Of a stretch of 64,000 nt of DNA, positions 51,845 to 60,638 are shown piece after piece. The translations under genes and the position numbers were made by a program. The notes below the pieces were generated by a model. It was not told where the DNA came from and searched no databases. It was given only the letters and a program-made list of their open reading frames with translations. Origin of the DNA: Bdellovibrionales bacterium. Lineage in GTDB: Bacteria; Bdellovibrionota; Bdellovibrionia; Bdellovibrionales; JAUICD01. The stretch's first letter is position 1, and every line of letters starts with the position of its first letter. The stretch is taken from the NCBI GenBank assembly GCA_965203875.1, contig OZ241914.1, positions 269,209-333,208 on the forward strand. Reading direction: 5' to 3'.

Positions 51845-54145
51845 TTAAAACGGGGTTCCCATGGAAAATTGAAACTGAGAGCTATCTTCACCTTGTCTTC
51901 TATCTACAGGAAAGCCCCACTCAAATCTCAAAGGTCCCATTGGAGAGAACCACCTCAAACCTAGTCCAAAATTAGATCTTAAATTTTCTAGTTTCAATTT
52001 GTCCTCTGCCATTCCTATATCGTAAAATATCACGCCAAAAATACCGTTAGAATCTACCATAGGAAATTGTAATTCAATATTATAAAACATCTGGCTTGTT
52101 CCACCTCCAACAATGTCTTCATATTCTCTGGTGCTTTCATTTTCTTCCTCACCTTCATTTTCTTCAGTATCTCTCCTAACAACTCTTTTAACAGTCTTTC
52201 CTATACCAAACCATTCAAATCCACGCAATGTATTTGATCCACCTAGCCTGTATAATTCATTAAAAGGAATTCTTTCATTATTAAACGGGAGCAAATTAGA
52301 GTAAGTTAAATTATTTCTTAAAATCAATCTTCTCCATACAGGTTTATAAAATCTTACATTGAAAGAATGCTCTGTATATTTTTTATCACCGCCTAAACCT
52401 ACGTACTTTAGCGATGCACTAGCAAATAACCCATCGCTGGGCATCCATCTGTCGTTTCGTTTGTCGTACTCAAAGGATAAAGTTACGGAGCTAGAGATAC
52501 CTTCCGCTTCTTCTTCATCGTTAGCATCAAAAAGAGAATCTTTTAATATTTCAATTCCTACATCTTCATATGAATATTTTATAAAACTATGAAAATATTT
52601 AGTTAATGGATGCCCGAGTCTTAATGCTCCTCCGGTTCTAAAATCTTTGTACTGATCTTGTATTCTGTATTCTGTTTTATAAAGTTCTAGTCCAGATGAC
52701 AATTTGGTGTCTAATAGATATGGTTCTGTAAAGTTTAAAGAAAAAATAGTTTCCAATTCAGAAGCATTTGCGTTGAGTGAAAAACTTTGTCCTTTTCCAA
52801 ATAAATTTGTTTTCCCAACCATACCAGAAAATATTAATTTGGAAGATGATCCATAACCTCCTGTTACTTGTAAACTTCCTGTTTTTCTCTCTTCTACTAC
52901 CAAGTCGTAATTCACTACACTTGGGTTTTCTGGATCTATTTTCTGTTGAAAATTTACGTCACTAAAAAAACCTAATCTTTTGATATCTTCTAGCGATCTG
53001 CGTTTATTTGTTTCGTTATACAGCTCACCTTCCAATATACTCATCTCTCTTCTTATTACTTTATCCCTGGTGCTTTGATTGCCTACAATATTAAATTGAC
53101 CAAAATGAACTTTTTCTCCTTTATCAATAGCAAAATCTATATCAATCAAATTGTTTTCGTTATCTACATTAGTTCCAGGTATGATGTTTACAAATGCATA
53201 TCCAAGGTCACCATACATCGCCTGTAAACTACTAAGATCGTTCTGTAAAACATTATAAGCAAATATTTTTCCTGACTCTGTTTTTATCCTTTCTGTGAAT
53301 TGATCTATTGTGAATAATAAATCTCCACTGAAATTTATTTGTCCAACAGTGTGTTGGACCCCTTCTTCAATTTGCATGTTTATCATAATATCTTTTTTAT
53401 TAGGAGAGATAAAAATTTGATAATCTTTTACACTAGCTTCAATAAACCCCTCATTATAATATAAATATTTTATTGCCTGAATATCTCTTTCAAAAGCGGC
53501 TTTACTATAAAGTCCACCTCCTGAAATAATGCTAAAGAAAGTTTTTTCTTTAGTAAGCATATTTGATTTTATTATTTCATCAGTGATGGAATTATTTCCT
53601 AGGATATTTATCTTTTTTACTTTTACTTTTTTATTTTCACTTATTTTAAAAATTAATTCTACCGAATCTTTATCTTGTTCTTTTATCTCGTACAATATAT
53701 TGGCTAGGAAAAATCCTTTAGATTCGTATAATTCTAGCATGTTGCTTATTGCATCGTTTACTTTGGATATATCCAAAAACTCGTCTTTACTAAGCTCGGA
53801 TATCTCAAACAGCTCATCTGAATCTATTTTCTTATTGCCTTCAAAAATTATCTCGGATACGGAAGGTTTTTCTACCACCACATACCTCAGTACACCTGGT
53901 GCTTTGTGAATTTCTATGTCATAAAAATGACCCATTTCAAAGATTTTTTTTAGGTCGTCTGTAACTTTGTTTTTTGAATAAAGCTTGCCTACTTCATTCG
54001 TAATTTTAGAGCGTATTGCTTCTTCACCTATTTTTTTATTGCCTTCAATTTTAATATCTTTAATGATTTCTGCATGACAGACAGTATGCCCTACATAAGA
54101 TAGAGTAAAAAATATTATGAAAAGATACTTCTTGGACGTGAGCAT
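51845..54145 (-). CDS. bamA: Outer-membrane protein assembly factor BamA
   Basis: POTRA repeats, GGSNTLRGF, GLRWFSPMGPLRF and C-terminal FQFSMGTPF. Confidence 0.96.
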   Translation of the reverse strand: MLTSKKYLFIIFFTLSYVGHTVCHAEIIKDIKIEGNKKIGEEAIRSKITNEVGKLYSKNKVTDDLKKIFEMGHFYDIEIHKAPGVLRYVVVEKPSVSEIIFEGNKKIDSDELFEISELSKDEFLDISKVNDAISNMLELYESKGFFLANILYEIKEQDKDSVELIFKISENKKVKVKKINILGNNSITDEIIKSNMLTKEKTFFSIISGGGLYSKAAFERDIQAIKYLYYNEGFIEASVKDYQIFISPNKKDIMINMQIEEGVQHTVGQINFSGDLLFTIDQFTERIKTESGKIFAYNVLQNDLSSLQAMYGDLGYAFVNIIPGTNVDNENNLIDIDFAIDKGEKVHFGQFNIVGNQSTRDKVIRREMSILEGELYNETNKRRSLEDIKRLGFFSDVNFQQKIDPENPSVVNYDLVVEERKTGSLQVTGGYGSSSKLIFSGMVGKTNLFGKGQSFSLNANASELETIFSLNFTEPYLLDTKLSSGLELYKTEYRIQDQYKDFRTGGALRLGHPLTKYFHSFIKYSYEDVGIEILKDSLFDANDEEEAEGISSSVTLSFEYDKRNDRWMPSDGLFASASLKYVGLGGDKKYTEHSFNVRFYKPVWRRLILRNNLTYSNLLPFNNERIPFNELYRLGGSNTLRGFEWFGIGKTVKRVVRRDTEENEGEEENESTREYEDIVGGGTSQMFYNIELQFPMVDSNGIFGVIFYDIGMAEDKLKLENLRSNFGLGLRWFSPMGPLRFEWGFPVDRRQGEDSSQFQFSMGTPF

Positions 54146-54177
54146 TTGGGTACACCTAGCACAAGTTTATATAACAA

Positions 54178-54846
54178 TCAAACTAACCATTGACCATCTT
54201 TCATATTTAATACTCTAGGGAACATTTTGGAAAACCCTATGTCATGAGTGACAACTACCAGAGTTATCCCCCTTTTTTGATTTAGCTCCAATAGCATATT
54301 TTTTATGATTTCTTCATTTTTGCTATCTAAATTACCTGTAGGTTCATCTGAGAACAGAATATCGGGGTTTTGCATTAAGGCTCTGGCTATGGCTACCCTT
54401 TGTTGTTCACCTCCACTTAGTTCTTTGGGTAAGTGGTTGCTTCTGTGTGCTAGTTTTAAGTTTTCTAAAAGTTCCATTGCTCGTTGTTTGCTTTCAGGTT
54501 GTCTTGCAATTTGTGCAGGTAGCATCACATTTTCAAGAGCTGTAAATTCTTTTAATAAATGGTATGCTTGAAAAACAAATCCCATGGTTTTGTTTCTGAA
54601 CATTGCTAATTTTTCAGATTTATAGTCGTACACATCCTGGCCGTTGTATAGTACTTGTCCGCTGGTTGGTTTATCCAATGTTCCCAGAATATGTAGGAGC
54701 GTACTTTTTCCTGCACCTGAAGATCCCATTATACATAGCGCTTCTGTTTTATTAACTTTTAGGCATATTTCATGTAATACACGAACAGTTTTAACGTTTG
54801 TGGTATAAGTTTTAGAAATATCGATGGCTTCTATTAGAGGTGTCAT
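54178..54846 (-). CDS. lolD: Lipoprotein-releasing ABC transporter ATPase
   Basis: [23 protein letters not shown] and DEPTGNLD motifs. Confidence 0.9.
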   Translation of the reverse strand: MTPLIEAIDISKTYTTNVKTVRVLHEICLKVNKTEALCIMGSSGAGKSTLLHILGTLDKPTSGQVLYNGQDVYDYKSEKLAMFRNKTMGFVFQAYHLLKEFTALENVMLPAQIARQPESKQRAMELLENLKLAHRSNHLPKELSGGEQQRVAIARALMQNPDILFSDEPTGNLDSKNEEIIKNMLLELNQKRGITLVVVTHDIGFSKMFPRVLNMKDGQWLV

Positions 54847-56042
54847 GTGCTACGAAAGCCTTCCACTGGGTTTAAATTTGCACCTTTTAGAGCGGGTAAT
54901 ATAGTCGATATGAAGCATATAAGCAAGGTTGATATAATTATTATCCCAATATCAAAAAATTCTATTTTTACTGGTAAATAACTGAATTGGTAGACGTCTG
55001 CCGGCACTTCTATTATTTTTAGATTTTTTATAACCAAGCATGAAATTAGGCCTAAAATCGTGCCAATTACTGAGCCTATTATGCCAATTATGAGGCCTTG
55101 GCTTATAAAAAGTTTTACCAGAAAATTTTCTGAAGCTCCTAAGGTTTTTAGGATACTGATATCATAAAATCGTTTGATAACGTAGATGAACAAAGTGCTA
55201 CATACATTAAAGCATGCAACCAGTATGATAAATGATAGTATTACAAATATTGCCCATTTTTCTAATTCTAAAGAGGAGAAAAAGTTATAGTTCATGTCAA
55301 ACCAGTTTTGCATATGATATTCGTAGCCTAATTTTTCTATTAATTTATTTTCCAGTCCAATCGCAGTTTTGGCATCATTTAAAAGAAGTTTTATTCCTGA
55401 ATAGACTCCGCCTAGTCCTAGAATATTTTGTGCAGCTTTGTCTTCAATAAATATGAGACGTTCGTTGTAGTCATATTTTCCTAAGTCTAATATTCCTGCT
55501 AGGTAAAAATTTCTGGATTGAGGGGCAAATGATCCTTCTAGTACGCTGTTACCTGTTCTAGGGACAACAACTTGGAATGTATCGCCTACTTCGAGGTTTA
55601 GTTTTTTTGATAGTACGTTGCCTATCATTGCTGCGTCCATATTATTTTTTTTGAAGGCGAATTGTCCGGAAGTCACTCTGTTATCTAGGTTTAGAGTTTT
55701 AGAGTAGGTGTTTTTGTTTAATCCATTTATTAGTACACCGCCTATGTCGCCTTTATTAATTGCCAAGGCTTCCATGGTTATAAATGGACTAATTTGGTCT
55801 AATGTAGGTACTTCTTTTTTGATTATTTGTTCTTCTCTAGGAGTTATGTTGCCGTAGATGATGAAATGTCCGTTGATATCTATCACGGATTTTTTGATAA
55901 CTTGTTCAACTCCGTTCATAATAGACATTGCTAGTATTAAGCAAGCTACTCCTACTATGATGCCTAAGGTTCCGAATAGCGAGGTCCACGTGACAAATTT
56001 TCCTCCGCCTTTTAGGTATTTTATTACCATTTTAAAATACAT
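54843..56042 (-). CDS. Lipoprotein-releasing ABC transporter permease LolC/E
   Basis: FtsX-type permease pattern (SIMNG, EK..FVILSFIILVACFN, ILKTLGA, NPVEG); adjacent to lolD. Confidence 0.9.
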   Translation of the reverse strand: MYFKMVIKYLKGGGKFVTWTSLFGTLGIIVGVACLILAMSIMNGVEQVIKKSVIDINGHFIIYGNITPREEQIIKKEVPTLDQISPFITMEALAINKGDIGGVLINGLNKNTYSKTLNLDNRVTSGQFAFKKNNMDAAMIGNVLSKKLNLEVGDTFQVVVPRTGNSVLEGSFAPQSRNFYLAGILDLGKYDYNERLIFIEDKAAQNILGLGGVYSGIKLLLNDAKTAIGLENKLIEKLGYEYHMQNWFDMNYNFFSSLELEKWAIFVILSFIILVACFNVCSTLFIYVIKRFYDISILKTLGASENFLVKLFISQGLIIGIIGSVIGTILGLISCLVIKNLKIIEVPADVYQFSYLPVKIEFFDIGIIIISTLLICFISTILPALKGANLNPVEGFRST

Positions 56043-56045
56043 ATT

Positions 56046-56515
56046 TAAGGTCCTTCGTTTTTGAATTAAAGGTCTTCAATTTTTAATAAGTGTACATGAC
56101 GAATCAATAAGGCCGCAGGTCAAGCGAAGTTATGTACACTTTTAAAAATGTTTACCAGCTCTCAAGGTAAACTCCAAAAGATTATCTAAAGGTCTTTAAA
56201 TTTTGTCAAAGATTAGCGAAGCGGTAAGGCATACAGTTTAAAGCGTAGCTATGAAAACATTTGGTAAAACTTTAGGGCTTTAAGACAATCTGTCGTAGTT
56301 TACCTTGAACGTTGGTTAACATTTTATCAAATAATAGCTTAGCACCCAAGCCCTTCAATTCTTATCAAAGCTAGCGAAGTGGTTAGACCGCAGGTCAAAC
56401 GAAGCTAGGTTTTGATAAGAATGTTGTGCACCATTCAAGGTAAACTACGAAAACTTTTCTCGACCTTTGGTCTTACCACTACGCTAGCTATTATTTGATA
56501 AAATTAAAAAGCTTT
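56046..56515. repeat. Cluster of hairpin-repeat copies: C0 end fragment 56046-56061, C1 56068-56175, C2 56188-56280, C3 ~56293-56515 (minus strand, interrupted), C4 56348-56450 (nested in C3)
   Basis: Same AAGG(T/C)CTTCAATT left end, G(A/G)CC-GCA-GGTC core and TTCAAGGTAAACT right end as copies A and B; the outer stems are self-complementary. Confidence 0.85.
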
Positions 56516-56921
56516 AGTGTCTCAATGTGATAATTTATATGTGTGTGAGGGGTATTTTTCTGGACTTAGTTTTGTTTTTCTTTGTGAAAAGGGTTTTTTG
56601 TCGTAGAATTTAGAGTTTGGTAAGTTTGGTTTTAAGTTTTAGGTTTTTATTTTGTTTTTTTTAAGATCTTTATTTATTCGTTTTAAAAATACTTTTCTTT
56701 TAAAGGGCCGGCTGAAAGCCGGCAGATTGATTGGGCCGAAGGTTGGTTTTTATAAAGCTCCGCAGTCGCAAGTTAATTTTTTGTTTAAGAGGCTGGCCGA
56801 AGGCCAGCAAACTGATCCAACCGTAGGTAAGCCAGCAAATGCGTCCAGTCGCCATGGATGGTTCAAAAGCTTATGTGAATCACGAAAAACTTGGTTACTC
56901 CGAAGTTCTGCAGCCGTTAGG

Positions 56922-57230
56922 TTGCAAAAGCTTCCAACCGCAGGTTGTGGATTTACGATGTTGGAGACATTGATAGGATTGGCGTTGGTATCAGCTACAG
57001 GTTTTGTGGTTACGTTTATGACGGCTAACATGACGACTTTAACTCAGAGGAAGCATGATACTTATATGTGTTCATCTGTAGCTGGTAATGTATTGGCTCA
57101 TTTTTCTAAGAATGGCAGTAAGGTTTCTCCTAAGAAAGAAGTAGCTACTATATCTACTGTTTCTACTACCTCTACTACCCAAAATTTGGGGGGGGGGGGG
57201 CGACCAAAATTTAAGCAAGATTGGTCATAA
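56922..57230 (+). CDS. Type IV prepilin-like N-terminal segment, out of frame with the downstream ORF at a poly-G tract
   Basis: Prepilin motif G|FTMLETLIGLALVS plus hydrophobic helix. TTG start at 56922 is inferred. Confidence 0.7.
   Translation: MQKLPTAGCGFTMLETLIGLALVSATGFVVTFMTANMTTLTQRKHDTYMCSSVAGNVLAHFSKNGSKVSPKKEVATISTVSTTSTTQNLGGGGRPKFKQDWS
57188..57200 (+). repeat. G13 homopolymer, candidate contingency locus
   Basis: Thirteen consecutive G at the frame switch between the two ORFs in an AT-rich genome. Confidence 0.85.
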
Positions 57231-57318
57231 TACTTCTGTAGATTCTCCATTAAGTGCTTCATCTAGTGGAGTTACTTTACATTTAGATAGGTTATATGAT
57301 GGTTCAGATGTTGGAGTT

Positions 57319-60300
57319 TTGGAGGACTTGTATAATAAGTATTTAAAGACATCTTCTACTAATCCTATTTCTATATGTCCATCAGATGCTCAAATTAGTA
57401 ACAGTTCAGCTTTGACTTTTGATCTAGTGAAGATGGAGTTTAAGTCTCATGAGTCTTCTGCTCCTTTGATAAAGTTAGGTGATTTAGACAAGTGGGTTGA
57501 AGAGAATCCTAATAAATATCGTAAGCTTAAGGATGAAGATAAACGGACAGCTCATCAAGGGCTAGCAGACAACAATGGTTCATCTTCAGATGGATATAAG
57601 TGGGATAGGTTGACCGGAGAGTCGTTATTTTTGTTAAGTGAGCGTTTATCTGATATATCGTCCTTATCCTTTGGTCCAGTTGAGCCTGTGAGTAGTTATA
57701 CTCCTGTAAGTAATTACATAGCTAAGTCTAAGTATGATGTTCGTATTGGTATAAGGCCTTGGGATATAAGCAAGAATGAGAAGACAGATAGTTGTAACAG
57801 GCATAAGAGTAAGGCTATACATCCTATTTTTGTTCGTCCTCGTTCTGTTTATGATAAACCTGAGAATTCAGATAAGAGTAAGTTAGGTTATAAGCTTGCT
57901 TCTAGTTTATCAGGTTTGCCTGAGGCTAATATTCGTCATGATCTTGGATTTAAGTTATTTGTGGAGGTTGAGGAGAGGAAGGCAGTATCTAGTTATGATC
58001 CTATCAGATGCAGAGCTGAGAAGGTATTTTCTTATTCTCAGAGGTATGTAACAGCACGCAATAAGACAATAGTAAAGACTACTTCAGTTACTACTACGAC
58101 CCCACCTGTTAGTAGTTTTCAAGCTAATTTAGCTAGTAACAAAAATAACAACAAGTTAGTTAGTAGCAAAGCTAATAACAACAAGTTAGTTAGTAACAAC
58201 TTAGTTAGTAATCTGGCTAATAAAGCTAATAGTAAGCATAATCCATCTACAATATCTCTATCTTCTGTGTCTAATTCTGAGGCTGATTCTTCAGACAGTT
58301 CATCAACTTCAACAACGACCACTACCCTTCAATGTACTACAAATTCTGATAATTCTACGACATGTAGGTTTAAGCTAGAAGGTCGTGTGTGGGATAGGGG
58401 TTATAGGTGTCCAGATGGTAATGATGATAATGATGAAGGATATTGTTTAAATTCCAGTTTTAGTAAGGGAGTATTTTTATGTCGTTTGAACAAAAAGATT
58501 AGTGGTATAGATTATCCAGTTGGAGATTGGTTTTTATGTGATGATTTATCTGGTAGCTCCTTTACTATTGGTGATGATACACATCCTGTGACTGCCCAGC
58601 TATATGCGAGTGATCCTAGTGATCCTGAAGATGGCGATCGTAGTAAAGATAAGGAGTTACATTTAAGATTTACTGAGTTGCCTGCACCTGATTCTAGTAT
58701 TGAGTATAGTATAGAGCTCAGGTTAGTGGATGAGTATGGTAACTACTCTCCATCGCCTCAAGAAGATGCACTTATTTTCTCTACGACTACTACAACGGAT
58801 CCATGTGCTGGGGTAACATGCACTGGCATTCAGAGGTGTAATAGTGCTACTGGCCGTTGTGAATGTCCAGCTAATCATGCTAGTTGTCGTAATAATGCTA
58901 TTTGCTGTGATCCTGGTAGTATTTGCGTAAATAATGGTTGTGCTTGTGATGATACTGCTTGTGGGCTTCTTGGAAAAGTTTGTGTAAATGGCCATTGTGT
59001 AAATCAACAAACCCAGCAAACCTGTGAGCAAAAGAGAGGTGTGGATAATTGTAAAACATGTGTTGGCGTAAGTACTCATGGAAATCCTGTAACTAAAACA
59101 TGTCCTTCAAGTCAGACTTTAAATACCAACACTTGTGTTTGTGAAGCTAGTGGTTGTACACCTGCAAGCTGTCCTTCTGGATGGGGCACAGATGCACCTT
59201 GTAGTGGTGGGAGTTCACAGCAAGTTACTGGAGGATGTAATGATACAATAACTTGCTATCGTGGAGGTACTGTATGTTCTAGCCCTACTCCTTATTGTAG
59301 TAGTGGAAGTTGTGTACGATGTACTGATGACTGGCACTGTTCTGGTAGGAAGGTTTGTGAGAATAATAGTTGTGTAGATCCTCCTCCTGCTTGCAATAAG
59401 AGTTGTTCTAATTGTTCAGGTGCATGTGATAGTTGTGATACATGTACAGGAACATGTACTAAATGTCTACCAAACTACACTTGCAACACAAGCACAAGAA
59501 GGTGTGAGCGTGATGATCCATGTGATGGTGTAACCATAACCTGTGGTTCTGGAAGTATGCGTGGTTATCCACACGGTTTACGACAAACTTGTAACTCTGA
59601 TCCAAGAACAGAATGCGGAACAACTTGCTATAGTGGAAGTGGTTCTACCTGCACCGCAAATGATTGTTATAAGTGTCGTGGTGGTCAGTGTGGTTCACGT
59701 GTGAAGAAAACATCAAGTGAAGTATCTTGTCCAAGTACTCATCCAAATACTTCACAACAAACTTGTAATAGTCGTTCAACCAGAGTATGTGGTGTAAAAA
59801 CATGCTGGAATGGAAGCGGTCCTACCTGCATCCCAAATGATTGTTATAAGTGTCGTGGTGGTCAGTGTGGTTCACGTGTAGCTAAAACAGCAAGTGAAGT
59901 ATCTTGTCCAAGTACTCATCCATATACTTCAAAACAAACTTGTAAGAGTACTAAAAAAACACCGCTAGTATGTGGTGTAAAAACATGCTGGAATGGAAGT
60001 GGTCCTACCTGCATCCCAAATGATTGTTATAAGTGTAATCCTGATCAATGCGGTACACGTGTAGCTAAAACAGCAAGTGAAGTATCTTGTCCAGCTTCTC
60101 ATCCACATACTTCACAACAAACTTGTAATAGTCGTTCAACCAGAGTATGTGGTGTAAAAACCTGTTGGGATGGAGAAAATTGCTCTGAAGGTTATAGCTG
60201 TAACAGCAATGGTGACTGTGAGGAGGATGACGACTCAGACTCCTGTGATGATGCTGATTGTGCCAAATTGGATAGTACATGTGGTGGAAGCTGCGGTACG

Positions 60301-60492
60301 AATGGGAGATGCACAGGAGGTTCTAAATGTAAAAATAATACTTCATATTGCAGTCGTCTAACAAAGCTTAACGGAGAAGTAGAGTATACATGCACACAAT
60401 GTGAAGCTAATAAGAGTTCTGGCGGTTGCCCGGATGAACATTACTGTAATGCACTAGGAGTATGTGTACCAGATAATCGACCGTGGATATAA
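57319..60492 (+). CDS. Large cysteine-rich repeat protein, probable C-terminal body of the prepilin-like protein (frame open from 57145)
   Basis: ORF track. No own signal peptide, S/T-rich linkers, dense C-x-C modules and tandem ~59-61 aa Cys repeats. Confidence 0.8.
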   Translation: MEDLYNKYLKTSSTNPISICPSDAQISNSSALTFDLVKMEFKSHESSAPLIKLGDLDKWVEENPNKYRKLKDEDKRTAHQGLADNNGSSSDGYKWDRLTGESLFLLSERLSDISSLSFGPVEPVSSYTPVSNYIAKSKYDVRIGIRPWDISKNEKTDSCNRHKSKAIHPIFVRPRSVYDKPENSDKSKLGYKLASSLSGLPEANIRHDLGFKLFVEVEERKAVSSYDPIRCRAEKVFSYSQRYVTARNKTIVKTTSVTTTTPPVSSFQANLASNKNNNKLVSSKANNNKLVSNNLVSNLANKANSKHNPSTISLSSVSNSEADSSDSSSTSTTTTTLQCTTNSDNSTTCRFKLEGRVWDRGYRCPDGNDDNDEGYCLNSSFSKGVFLCRLNKKISGIDYPVGDWFLCDDLSGSSFTIGDDTHPVTAQLYASDPSDPEDGDRSKDKELHLRFTELPAPDSSIEYSIELRLVDEYGNYSPSPQEDALIFSTTTTTDPCAGVTCTGIQRCNSATGRCECPANHASCRNNAICCDPGSICVNNGCACDDTACGLLGKVCVNGHCVNQQTQQTCEQKRGVDNCKTCVGVSTHGNPVTKTCPSSQTLNTNTCVCEASGCTPASCPSGWGTDAPCSGGSSQQVTGGCNDTITCYRGGTVCSSPTPYCSSGSCVRCTDDWHCSGRKVCENNSCVDPPPACNKSCSNCSGACDSCDTCTGTCTKCLPNYTCNTSTRRCERDDPCDGVTITCGSGSMRGYPHGLRQTCNSDPRTECGTTCYSGSGSTCTANDCYKCRGGQCGSRVKKTSSEVSCPSTHPNTSQQTCNSRSTRVCGVKTCWNGSGPTCIPNDCYKCRGGQCGSRVAKTASEVSCPSTHPYTSKQTCKSTKKTPLVCGVKTCWNGSGPTCIPNDCYKCNPDQCGTRVAKTASEVSCPASHPHTSQQTCNSRSTRVCGVKTCWDGENCSEGYSCNSNGDCEEDDDSDSCDDADCAKLDSTCGGSCGTNGRCTGGSKCKNNTSYCSRLTKLNGEVEYTCTQCEANKSSGGCPDEHYCNALGVCVPDNRPWI
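59659..60172 (+). repeat. Coding tandem repeat, about 3 copies of 177-183 bp
   Basis: AATGATTGTTATAAGTGT recurs at 59659, 59836 and 60019 with near-identical intervening DNA. Confidence 0.9.
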
Positions 60493-60638
60493 TACTAAAT
60501 ATTACTGTAACAACTAGTAGAGTGTATACTCATCAAAACGAAGGGTCTTATTTATAAATACTACATTTTTATAGTGAAATTGAGTTTTTTAACTAAATTA
60601 TAAACAATTATGCTAATATCACCTTCTAAAGAAACAAC

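Noticed and set aside
56046-56515. Integron attC array
   Set aside because: No clear RYYYAAC/GTTRRRY box pair, copies occur in both orientations and nested, they do not separate co-oriented cassette ORFs, and no intI is present.
56652-56921. Long N-terminal part of ORF 56652..57230
   Set aside because: It runs through T-rich, hairpin-containing non-coding-like DNA. Prepilin leaders are short, so a start near 56922 is more plausible.
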